DNA of 64,000 bases from Lentibacter sp. (lineage in GTDB: Bacteria; Pseudomonadota; Alphaproteobacteria; Rhodobacterales; Rhodobacteraceae): positions 60,403-124,402 of the forward strand of contig NZ_CBFHTG010000006.1 in NCBI RefSeq assembly GCF_965658795.1, in the 5' to 3' direction. Shown piece by piece: positions 16,339 to 24,231 of the stretch. Each line of letters starts with the position of its first letter. The first letter of the stretch is position 1. Both the position numbers and the translations under genes were made by a program. The notes beneath the pieces are model-generated. The model ran no database searches, was not told where the DNA came from, and saw only the letters and a list, made by a program, of their open reading frames with translations.

Positions 16339-16460
16339 AACGCGCGCCGCGTTAATGACTTTTGTGTTAACGCCGCCGTGCACAAGGCGGTGCACGCGGG
16401 GTGCACGCCCGGTGCACAGGTTTCACCCCCCCTGTTTTGCCGCCTCATCCACGCGTTAAC
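16339..16460 (+). repeat. Phased GTGCAC-array element, copy A (small hairpin, TTTTGTG, 4x GTGCAC, TTTCACCCCCCC, N22, GTTAAC)
   Basis: GTGCAC occurs at 16378, 16390, 16401 and 16412, and TTTCACCCCCCC at 16421-16432. GTTAAC is at 16455-16460. The layout is the same as copy B at 52614-52713. Confidence 0.7.
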
Positions 16461-16587
16461 AGGGCGAAACGCAGCCCTAAGCAGAGCTTAACCCAAACAT
16501 GCTGTGCCCAAGCCACGATCACGGGTTGCGCGCCATGGGGCTTTCCCCTAAAACCCCGCCAGACCAGTCTCAGGCATCGGGCATTTC

Positions 16588-16938
16588 ATGGAAAACGTCG
16601 TTCTTATCGTCCATCTCATTTTGGCTTTGGCCCTTATCGGAGCTGTGCTTATGCAGCGCTCTGAAGGTGGCGGTCTTGGCATGGGCGGCGGCGGCGGCAC
16701 CTCGGGGCGCTCGGCGGCAACAGCCATGGGCAAGCTCACATGGATCCTCGCCATTGCCTTTATCTGTACCTCCATTTCACTGACAATCATCGCGGCGCAA
16801 AAGTCGGCTGGTGGTTCGGTCATCGACCGCTTGGGCGACATCACTGCGCCTGCGTCAGCTGAAGAAGAGAGCAACCCAGACGCGCTTCTGCCCCCTGCCG
16901 AGGGCGACAACGCACCGCTGGTTCCTTCCGCCGACTAA
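16588..16938 (+). CDS. secG: Preprotein translocase subunit SecG
   Basis: 116-aa ORF (MENVVLIVHLILALALIGAVLMQRSEGGGLG...) with two TM segments and a Gly-rich loop. Confidence 0.9.
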   Translation: MENVVLIVHLILALALIGAVLMQRSEGGGLGMGGGGGTSGRSAATAMGKLTWILAIAFICTSISLTIIAAQKSAGGSVIDRLGDITAPASAEEESNPDALLPPAEGDNAPLVPSAD

Positions 16939-16965
16939 CCACTAAACCTTGCCCCCTTGCAGAAA

Positions 16966-16986
16966 GGTGCAACATTATGTTGCGCC
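16966..16986 (+). terminator. Possible secG terminator hairpin
   Basis: GGTGCAACA-tta-TGTTGCGCC forms a 9-bp stem with one G-U pair, 28 nt after the secG stop. The U-tail is weak. Confidence 0.35.
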
Positions 16987-17107
16987 TTCCATTGCCAAGG
17001 CGCGGCGAATCCATTATGTCTCAAATCCCGTGATACAGGGGCTTTCAGAAGCCTCCGTTGAGCATTTTTGAGCGCACAACGCAGAGCTGACACGGGAGTC
17101 TCACACC

Positions 17108-18751
17108 ATGGCACGTTATATCTTTATCACTGGCGGTGTTGTCTCCTCGCTTGGCAAGGGGCTGGCCTCGGCGGCCCTTGGCGCGTTGCTGCAGGCACGT
17201 GGCTTTTCTGTGCGTTTGCGCAAGCTTGACCCTTATCTCAACGTCGATCCCGGAACGATGAGCCCCTTTGAGCATGGCGAAGTTTTCGTCACCGATGATG
17301 GCGCCGAAACCGACCTCGACCTTGGCCACTACGAGCGCTTCACAGGCGTTGCCGCCCGCAAGACAGACTCGGTCAGCTCGGGCCGCGTCTACTCCAACGT
17401 GCTCGAGAAAGAGCGCCGCGGCGACTATCTCGGCAAAACCATTCAGGTCATCCCCCACGTCACCAACGAAATCAAAGACTTCCTTGATGTTGGCGATGAT
17501 GAAGTCGATTTCATGCTCTGCGAAATCGGCGGCACCGTGGGCGATATCGAAGGCCTCCCCTTCTTTGAGGCGATTCGCCAGTTCGCTCAGGAGCGCCCGC
17601 GCGGCCAGTGCGTTTTCATGCACTTAACCCTTTTGCCCTATCTTGCGGCTTCGGGTGAGTTGAAGACCAAACCAACCCAACACTCGGTGAAAGAGCTGCG
17701 CTCGATCGGCCTTCAGCCGGATGTGCTGGTCTGCCGCTCCGAGCAGATCATCCCCGAGAAAGAGCGCGCCAAGATCGCGCTGTTCTGCAACGTGCGCCCC
17801 GAGGCGGTGATTCCTGCCTACGACCTGAAGTCGATCTATGAGGCCCCTCTGGCCTACCACCACGTCGGCCTTGACCAAGCGGTGCTTGATGCCTTCCAGA
17901 TCAGCCCCGCGCCCAAGCCCGAGCTGAAAGTCTGGGAAGATGTGAAAGAGCGCATCAGCAAGATCGACGGCGAAGTGAACGTGGCGATTGTGGGTAAATA
18001 CACCCAGCTTGAAGACGCCTATAAGTCGATCAAGGAAGCGCTCATGCACGGTGGCATGGCCAACCGCGTGAAGGTCAATGTCGATTGGGTCGATGCCGAA
18101 GTCTTTGACAAAGGCGACGCCGCCCCCCACCTTGAAGGCTACCACGCCATCCTCGTTCCCGGCGGGTTCGGTGAGCGCGGCACAGAGGGCAAGATCAAGG
18201 CCGCCCAGTTCGCCCGCGAGCGCAAAGTGCCCTACCTCGGCATCTGTCTCGGCATGCAAATGGCCGTGATCGAAGCCGCGCGCAATGTCGCCAAAATCAA
18301 GGATGCAGGCTCTGAGGAGTTTGACCATGAAGCAGGCAAAAAGCGTTTTGAACCCGTGGTTTACCACCTCAAAGAGTGGGTGCAGGGCAACTACACAGTG
18401 ACCCGCAAAGAAACCGACGACAAAGGCGGCACCATGCGCCTTGGCGCCTATGACGCCACACTGGCCGAAGGCTCCAAAGTGGCCAGCATCTACGGCACCA
18501 CAAAAATCGAAGAGCGCCACCGCCACCGCTACGAAGTCGATGTGAAATACCGCGACCAGCTCGAAGCCTGCGGCCTCAAGTTCTCGGGCATGTCCCCTGA
18601 CGGCAGCTTGCCAGAGATCGTGGAATGGTCAGATCACCCGTGGTTCATCGGCGTGCAGTTCCACCCCGAGCTGAAGTCAAAGCCCTTTGCGCCTCACCCG
18701 CTTTTTGCCGATTTCGTGCGCGCAGCCGTGGAGACATCACGCCTCGTTTAA
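17108..18751 (+). CDS. pyrG: CTP synthase
   Basis: 547-aa ORF with [18 protein letters not shown] and the GATase motif GICLGMQ. Confidence 0.95.
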   Translation: MARYIFITGGVVSSLGKGLASAALGALLQARGFSVRLRKLDPYLNVDPGTMSPFEHGEVFVTDDGAETDLDLGHYERFTGVAARKTDSVSSGRVYSNVLEKERRGDYLGKTIQVIPHVTNEIKDFLDVGDDEVDFMLCEIGGTVGDIEGLPFFEAIRQFAQERPRGQCVFMHLTLLPYLAASGELKTKPTQHSVKELRSIGLQPDVLVCRSEQIIPEKERAKIALFCNVRPEAVIPAYDLKSIYEAPLAYHHVGLDQAVLDAFQISPAPKPELKVWEDVKERISKIDGEVNVAIVGKYTQLEDAYKSIKEALMHGGMANRVKVNVDWVDAEVFDKGDAAPHLEGYHAILVPGGFGERGTEGKIKAAQFARERKVPYLGICLGMQMAVIEAARNVAKIKDAGSEEFDHEAGKKRFEPVVYHLKEWVQGNYTVTRKETDDKGGTMRLGAYDATLAEGSKVASIYGTTKIEERHRHRYEVDVKYRDQLEACGLKFSGMSPDGSLPEIVEWSDHPWFIGVQFHPELKSKPFAPHPLFADFVRAAVETSRLV

Positions 18752-18819
18752 CGATCAATCCTTGACGCAGGCCGCAAGCCGCCGCAGCCTGAGCGATAGG
18801 TAAAACAAGGGGATAGCCA

Positions 18820-19113
18820 ATGGCCAAAGCATATTGGGTCGCACATGTTGATGTGTCAGACCCCGAAGTCTACGAGAGCTACAAAGCCGCCAATGCAGCG
18901 CCCTTTGCCCAGTTTGGCGCGCGCTTTGTTGTGCGCGGCGGCGATCAGGAGGTGCGCGAAGGCACGGTGCGCGCGCGCACGGTTGTCATCGAGTTTCCCA
19001 GCTACGAGGCCGCCGTGGCCTGCTATGAAAGCCCCGACTACCAAGCCGCCATCGCGATCCGCAAGGCGGTCTCGCTCGGGGATCTGGTCATCGTCAAAGG
19101 CTATGAGGATTAA
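18820..19113 (+). CDS. DUF1330 domain protein
   Basis: 97-aa ORF (MAKAYWVAHVDVSDPEVYESYK...), the typical DUF1330 pattern. Confidence 0.7.
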   Translation: MAKAYWVAHVDVSDPEVYESYKAANAAPFAQFGARFVVRGGDQEVREGTVRARTVVIEFPSYEAAVACYESPDYQAAIAIRKAVSLGDLVIVKGYED

Positions 19114-19560
19114 ATGGAAATCATCGACCGCATCTTGGCCCGTTTTCACAAAACAGCCCCCGTCCAAACGCCCCTGCCCGAGCCTGACGCCAACATGGCG
19201 CTTGTGGCGCTGATGATCCGCGTGGCCAAGGCCGACAAGAGCTATGCCGTTCAGGAGATTGCCAAAATCGACAAGCTCATCACCGAGCTTTTTGGCCATA
19301 ACCCTGTAGAGGCCGCCAAAATGCGCGCCACCTGCGAAAAGCTCGAGGCCGCCGCCCCCCACGAAGGGCATTTTGCCAAACTCATCCACGACAGCCTGCC
19401 AAAGTCCAAGCGCCTCAACGCGCTGCGCGCCCTGCATTCCATCATGCGCGCCGATGGCGTCGAGCGCCCCGAGGAAGAAAACGTGCTGATCGAAACAAGC
19501 GCAGCCCTTGGCTTCAAGAGCCTGCCAGCCGACCTTGCCCGCAAAGGAGATCAGCCATGA
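19114..19560 (+). CDS. TerB-family (tellurite-resistance TerB-like) protein, paralog 1
   Basis: 148-aa helical ORF with the motif MIRVAKADKSYAVQE. The start codon directly abuts the DUF1330 stop (TAAATG). Confidence 0.6.
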   Translation: MEIIDRILARFHKTAPVQTPLPEPDANMALVALMIRVAKADKSYAVQEIAKIDKLITELFGHNPVEAAKMRATCEKLEAAAPHEGHFAKLIHDSLPKSKRLNALRALHSIMRADGVERPEEENVLIETSAALGFKSLPADLARKGDQP

Positions 19561-19994
19561 TCAAAGGCCTGTTTGACCGCCTGCTCAACGCAGGCGAGAC
19601 CCCGGCAACAGACGCCGATGCGCGCCTTGCGCTGACAGCCTTGCTCGTGCGCGTGGCACGGGCCGACTTTGTCTATGACACCGTCGAGCAAGCCCAGATT
19701 GATCGCATCATCACCCGCCGCTACGCCCTTGCGCCGGCAGAGGCACTGGCGCTGCGCCAAGAGGCCGAAGTGCTGGAGGCCGACGCCCCCGACACCGTCC
19801 GCTTCACCCGCGCCATCAAAGATGCTGTGCCCTATGAAGAGCGCATCGGCGTGATTGAGGCACTCTGGTCTGTGGTGCTGGCCGATGCTGCGCGCGACGA
19901 GCACGAAGATGCGCTCTTGCGTGTTGTGGCAAACCTGCTCGGCATCACCGACCGCGACAGCAATCTGGCGCGCCAACGGGCGGCAGGCGCATGA
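19557..19994 (+). CDS. TerB-family protein, paralog 2
   Basis: 145-aa ORF (LLVRVARADFVYDTVEQAQIDRII...). ATGA overlap with paralog 1. Confidence 0.6.
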   Translation: MIKGLFDRLLNAGETPATDADARLALTALLVRVARADFVYDTVEQAQIDRIITRRYALAPAEALALRQEAEVLEADAPDTVRFTRAIKDAVPYEERIGVIEALWSVVLADAARDEHEDALLRVVANLLGITDRDSNLARQRAAGA

Positions 19995-20731
19995 TCGCCT
20001 CTCTGCCGATGTATGATATGCCTGCGCTTCACGGCGCAAATGACAGGTTGTGGCAGGCCACGCGCGCCATTCTGGGCTTTGGCCCCGATGCGCTCACCCG
20101 TGCACCCGACCTTTGGGCGCAATGGGAATCACCTGATCTGGTGCTCTCCCAAACCTGTGGTTACCCCTACCGCGCCAAGCTGCATGACAAGGTGCAGCTC
20201 GTGGCCACGCCCAACTTTGCCCTCAAGGGCTGCCCCTATGGCACCTACAACTCTGTCTTTCTCGCCCGCCGCACCGACAAGATCACGCGTCTGAGCGAGC
20301 TGGCCGGCAAGCGCTTTGCCTTCAACGAAGCGCTGTCCCAATCCGGCTGGGCCGCGCCCAAAGTGCACCTTGATAAACGCGGTGTGGCGCTTGGCCCCCT
20401 GCTTGAGACAGGCGCACACCAGCGCTCTGCCGAGGCCGTGGCCGAAGGGCGCGCCGACTTTGCCGCACTGGATGCGCACACATGGCACCTGCTCAAGCGC
20501 ACCACAGCCCTTGGCAAAAAGCTCATGGTGGTTGCGCGCACAGAGCCCACCCCTGCTCTGCCCTACATCACCAGTCAGGCCCAAGACCCCACAGTGATTC
20601 GCGCGGCCCTCGCCGAAGCCCTCACCCAGCTCAGCACCCAAGACCGCGACGCCCTCGGCATCAAGAGTTTGGTAAGCATTTCAAGCCAGACTTACCGTGC
20701 GGTTGAAAGCCCCGAAGCGCCTCAACTCTGA
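19991..20731 (+). CDS. PhnD/SsuA-like type-2 periplasmic-binding-fold protein without a signal peptide
   Basis: 246-aa ORF (MIASLPMYDMPAL...) resembling phosphonate-binding-protein-like domains. No N-terminal hydrophobic signal. ATGA overlap with TerB paralog 2. Confidence 0.55.
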   Translation: MIASLPMYDMPALHGANDRLWQATRAILGFGPDALTRAPDLWAQWESPDLVLSQTCGYPYRAKLHDKVQLVATPNFALKGCPYGTYNSVFLARRTDKITRLSELAGKRFAFNEALSQSGWAAPKVHLDKRGVALGPLLETGAHQRSAEAVAEGRADFAALDAHTWHLLKRTTALGKKLMVVARTEPTPALPYITSQAQDPTVIRAALAEALTQLSTQDRDALGIKSLVSISSQTYRAVESPEAPQL

Positions 20732-20775
20732 ATTTGCATCAAAGCTCTTGCGCTTGACGGGGGGCTTCTGGCATC

Positions 20776-20797
20776 TTGATCAAAGATTTGATCAAAT
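20776..20797. promoter_or_regulatory. Two adjacent TTGATCAA-core palindromes (CTTGATCAAAG and ATTTGATCAAAT), candidate operator
   Basis: The dyad centres are 12 bp apart, 13-34 nt upstream of the GS-like ATG at 20810. The same TTTGATCAAA recurs at 22164. Confidence 0.45.
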
Positions 20798-20809
20798 TAT
20801 GGCGACCCC

Positions 20810-22123
20810 ATGCAACCGCACCTAAGCTCACTCCGTATTGCCGCATCCGACCTGAATGGAAGGATGCGCGGCAAGCGTCTGCCCGCTGACTTCATGCGCA
20901 AAGTCGAAAACGGAGCCGTGCGTATGCCCCTCTCTGTCCTCAATGTTGATATCTGGGGGGCCGACATCGACAACAATCCGCTGGTCTTTGAAACAGGCGA
21001 CCGAGACGGCTATATGCAGCCCACAGGGCGCGGGGCCGTGCCGATGCCCTGGCTCTCCGATGATGCGTTTCTCATGCCCGCGACCATGCTGAAAGAAGAT
21101 GGCGACCCCTTTGAAGGTGATCCGCGCCGCGCACTTGAGCGGGTGCTTGAGCGCTACGCCGCCCGCGGCTGGGAAGTGCGCGCCGCCGCCGAGATGGAGT
21201 TCTATCTGGTGGATGATTCTGGCGAGTTTCCTGTCCCCGTCAAAAACCCGCGCACTGGCCGCCCCCTTGTCGGGGCCAACATTCTCTCGCTGGCCGAGCT
21301 TGACGCCTTTGAACCTTTCTTCAACTCGCTCTACCGCGCCTGTGACATGATGGATATCCCCGCGCAAACCGCGATTTCCGAGGTGGGCACAGGCCAGTTC
21401 GAGATTGATATCAATCACAAGGACGCTCTTGAAGCTGCTGATAACGCATGGCTTTTCAAGACCATGGTCAAAGGCATTGCGCGCCAGCACAATATGGCTG
21501 CCACCTTCATGCCCAAGCCCTTCGCAGGCGACGCTGGAACGGGGCTACATGTGCATTTCTCGGTGGTCGATGCCGAGGGCAACAACGTGTTTGATGACGG
21601 CTCTGAAGAGGGCAACGACACATTGCGCCACGCTGTCGCAGGCTGTCTTGAGGCCATGCGCGCCTCAACTCTGGTGTTTGCGCCCCACGGGCCCAGCTAT
21701 GACCGTATCGTGCCGGGTGAGCATGCGCCCATATCTGTCTGCTGGGGCTATGAAAACCGCACAGCAGCCATCCGCATTCCTGCAGGCCCGCCCGCCGCGC
21801 GCCGCATCGAGCACCGCATCGCAGGGGGAGACACCAACATCTACCTCCACCTCGCCGCCGTGCTTGGCGCCGCCATCGACGGGATCGAGCGCAAGGCCGA
21901 GCCGCCAGCGCCCATCACAGGCAACGCCTATGAGGGCGAACACCCCGAGCTTGTGACCAACTGGGGAGATGCGATTGATCTGTTTGAGGCAGATCCGCTC
22001 ATCGCCGATATCTTCCACCCCCGTCTGATCGAGAACCTTGTCATGACCAAGCGCCAAGAGCTGCGCCTGCTGGCCGACATCGCCCCCGAAGATCATTGGA
22101 TGACATATCTCGAAACAGTCTAA
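20810..22123 (+). CDS. Glutamine synthetase family protein (gamma-glutamyl-amine synthetase-like)
   Basis: 437-aa ORF with GS catalytic motifs EMEFYL, GTGLHVHFS and NRTAAIRIP. Confidence 0.8.
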   Translation: MQPHLSSLRIAASDLNGRMRGKRLPADFMRKVENGAVRMPLSVLNVDIWGADIDNNPLVFETGDRDGYMQPTGRGAVPMPWLSDDAFLMPATMLKEDGDPFEGDPRRALERVLERYAARGWEVRAAAEMEFYLVDDSGEFPVPVKNPRTGRPLVGANILSLAELDAFEPFFNSLYRACDMMDIPAQTAISEVGTGQFEIDINHKDALEAADNAWLFKTMVKGIARQHNMAATFMPKPFAGDAGTGLHVHFSVVDAEGNNVFDDGSEEGNDTLRHAVAGCLEAMRASTLVFAPHGPSYDRIVPGEHAPISVCWGYENRTAAIRIPAGPPAARRIEHRIAGGDTNIYLHLAAVLGAAIDGIERKAEPPAPITGNAYEGEHPELVTNWGDAIDLFEADPLIADIFHPRLIENLVMTKRQELRLLADIAPEDHWMTYLETV

Positions 22124-22163
22124 GCCCCCTCTTGCGCGGCCTCACGGCCCGCAATAGGCTATG

Positions 22164-22173
22164 TTTGATCAAA
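22164..22173. promoter_or_regulatory. TTTGATCAAA palindrome upstream of the amidotransferase gene
   Basis: Perfect 10-bp palindrome 11-20 nt upstream of the ATG at 22184. Confidence 0.4.
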
Positions 22174-22183
22174 TAGGTGACAC

Positions 22184-22873
22184 ATGAAAATCGGTATCCT
22201 GCAAACGGGGCATGCACCCGACGAGCTTCTGGCAACAGAAGGCGATTATGACGCTATGTTCCGCGCCCTTCTGGCGGGCGAGGGGTTTTCCTTCGAGACA
22301 TTCAATGTCGTCGATGGCGCTTTCCCCGCAGGGGTTGAAGCCGCCGACGCTTGGCTCATCACGGGCTCCAAACACGGCGCATACGAAGACCACCCGTGGA
22401 TCCCGCCACTCGAAGCGCTGATCCGCGAGATCACCGCCGCAGGCAAGCCGCTCATCGGCGTTTGCTTTGGCCACCAGATCATCGCCCAAGCGCTAGGCGG
22501 CAAGGTCGAGAAGTTTGCAGGCGGCTGGGCTGTCGGGCGACAGACCTATGATGTCGAGGGCAAAGAGCTGTCCATCAACGCATGGCACCAGGACCAAGTC
22601 GTGGCGCTGCCCGACAACACCAAAGTTCTGGGCGGCAACGCGTTTTGCGAAAATGCGGTGCTGCTGATCGGCGGCACCACTCTCACAATCCAGCCTCACC
22701 CGGAGTTCGGCGCAGGCGTCATACGCGGTCTGATCGAGCACCGTGGCGGCACCGTCCCGCCCCCGCTGGTGGCAACAGCCAAAGACAATCTGGAACAGAC
22801 AACCCAACGCGGAGCCTTCCGCGATATGATGGTCGCGCATCTCAAACGCCAAACAGCAAAGGCCGCATCATGA
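22184..22873 (+). CDS. Class I glutamine amidotransferase-like protein (possible gamma-glutamyl hydrolase)
   Basis: 229-aa ORF with a nucleophile elbow (GVCFGHQIIA) and HPEF. Confidence 0.75.
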   Translation: MKIGILQTGHAPDELLATEGDYDAMFRALLAGEGFSFETFNVVDGAFPAGVEAADAWLITGSKHGAYEDHPWIPPLEALIREITAAGKPLIGVCFGHQIIAQALGGKVEKFAGGWAVGRQTYDVEGKELSINAWHQDQVVALPDNTKVLGGNAFCENAVLLIGGTTLTIQPHPEFGAGVIRGLIEHRGGTVPPPLVATAKDNLEQTTQRGAFRDMMVAHLKRQTAKAAS

Positions 22874-24231
22874 GCACCGACTGGACAGACAGCCTCCCCG
22901 AAGCCGCGCAAGCCTATCTGGACGGGCGCAGACTTGACGAGGTAGAGTGCATTATCTCAGATCTTCCCGGCATCGCCCGCGGTAAGGCCGTGCCTGCAAC
23001 CAAATTTGCGCGGCAGGATTACTTTCACCTGCCTGACAGCATCTTTTACCAGACAATCACAGGCGACTGGGGCGAAGCCGCAGGCGAAGATGGCTTCATC
23101 GAGCGTGATATGATCCTCAAGCCGGACCTCTCCACAGCCACCGCGGCCCCGTGGACAGGTGACTGGACACTCCAGATCATCCACGATGCCTATGACCGCA
23201 AAGAAAAGCCCATCGAATTTGCCCCCCGCAACGTGCTCAAGCGCGTGGTCGAGCTCTACCGCCAGCAAGGCCTCGAGCCGGTTGTCGCGCCAGAGATGGA
23301 GTTCTTCCTTGTTGCGCGCAACATCGATCCTGCCAAGAAAATCGAGCCGATGATGGGGCGCTCGGGCCGCCCTGCCGCCGCGCGTCAGGCTTACTCGATG
23401 ACAGCGGTAGACGAGTTCGGCCCCGTGATTGACGACATCTACGACTTTGCCGAAGCGCAGGGTTTTGAAATCGACGGCATCACCCAGGAAGGCGGCGCAG
23501 GCCAACTCGAGATCAACCTCGTGCATGGTGATCCTGTCAAGCTGGCGGATGAGGTGTTTTACTTCAAGCGGCTCATCCGCGAAGCAGCCATGCGCCACGA
23601 CTGCTACGCCACCTTCATGGCCAAGCCCATCGCCGACGAGCCGGGTTCTGCCATGCACATCCACCACTCTGTGCTCGATATCGAAACCGGCCAGAACATC
23701 TTCTCAGGCCCCCAAGGGGGCGAGACAGATGCGTTTTTCCACTATATCGCCGGCTTCCAAAACCACCTGCCAAGCGCCATTGCCGTCCTCGCGCCCTACG
23801 TCAACTCGTATCGCCGCTACGTCAAAGACCACGCCGCGCCCATCAACCTTGAGTGGGGCCGTGACAACCGCACAACAGGCATCCGCGTGCCGCTCTCAGG
23901 CCCCAAGGCGCGCCGCGTGGAAAACCGCCTCGCAGGCATGGATTGCAACCCCTATCTCGGCATCGCCGTGTCGCTCGCCTGTGGCCTCCTGGGCCTCAAC
24001 GAAGAAAAGCGCCCCGACCGCCAGTTCAAAGGCGACGCCTATGAAGGCGAAGAGGATATTCCGCGTGAAATGGGGGCTGCCCTTGATCTCTTTGATGAAA
24101 GCACAGCGCTGCACGAAATTCTCGGGCCAGAGTTTGCCCGCGTCTACTCCATCGTGAAACGCGCCGAATATGAAGAGTTCCTCGGGGTGATTTCCCCTTG
24201 GGAGCGTGAACATCTGCTGCTCAACGTATGA
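22870..24231 (+). CDS. Glutamine synthetase family protein (PuuA-like gamma-glutamylpolyamine synthetase)
   Basis: ORF 22582..24231 trimmed to MSTDWTDSLPEAAQ (ATGA overlap with the preceding stop). Motifs PEMEFFL, GSAMHIHHS and NRTTGIRVP. Confidence 0.85.
   Translation: MSTDWTDSLPEAAQAYLDGRRLDEVECIISDLPGIARGKAVPATKFARQDYFHLPDSIFYQTITGDWGEAAGEDGFIERDMILKPDLSTATAAPWTGDWTLQIIHDAYDRKEKPIEFAPRNVLKRVVELYRQQGLEPVVAPEMEFFLVARNIDPAKKIEPMMGRSGRPAAARQAYSMTAVDEFGPVIDDIYDFAEAQGFEIDGITQEGGAGQLEINLVHGDPVKLADEVFYFKRLIREAAMRHDCYATFMAKPIADEPGSAMHIHHSVLDIETGQNIFSGPQGGETDAFFHYIAGFQNHLPSAIAVLAPYVNSYRRYVKDHAAPINLEWGRDNRTTGIRVPLSGPKARRVENRLAGMDCNPYLGIAVSLACGLLGLNEEKRPDRQFKGDAYEGEEDIPREMGAALDLFDESTALHEILGPEFARVYSIVKRAEYEEFLGVISPWEREHLLLNV

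Noticed and set aside
16411-16426. A sigma-54 promoter (TGGCAC-N5-TTGC) within the GTGCAC element, and TGGCACATAGGTTTTTG at about 29922-29938.
   Set aside because: In both elements the -12 position reads TTTCAC or TTTTT rather than TTGC. The GG-N10-GC spacing rule is not met, and no bacterial enhancer-binding protein gene is nearby.
16323-16587. A tRNA or other structured RNA gene next to secG (tRNA genes neighbour secG in some bacteria), and tRNAs elsewhere as island insertion sites.
   Set aside because: I found no T-loop (GGTTCGANTCC-like) or cloverleaf-compatible sequence in this or any other intergenic region.
20776-20797. An FNR/CRP-type box (TTGAT-N4-ATCAA).
   Set aside because: The half-sites are directly abutted (TTGATCAA) with no 4-nt spacer, so this is a different dyad geometry.
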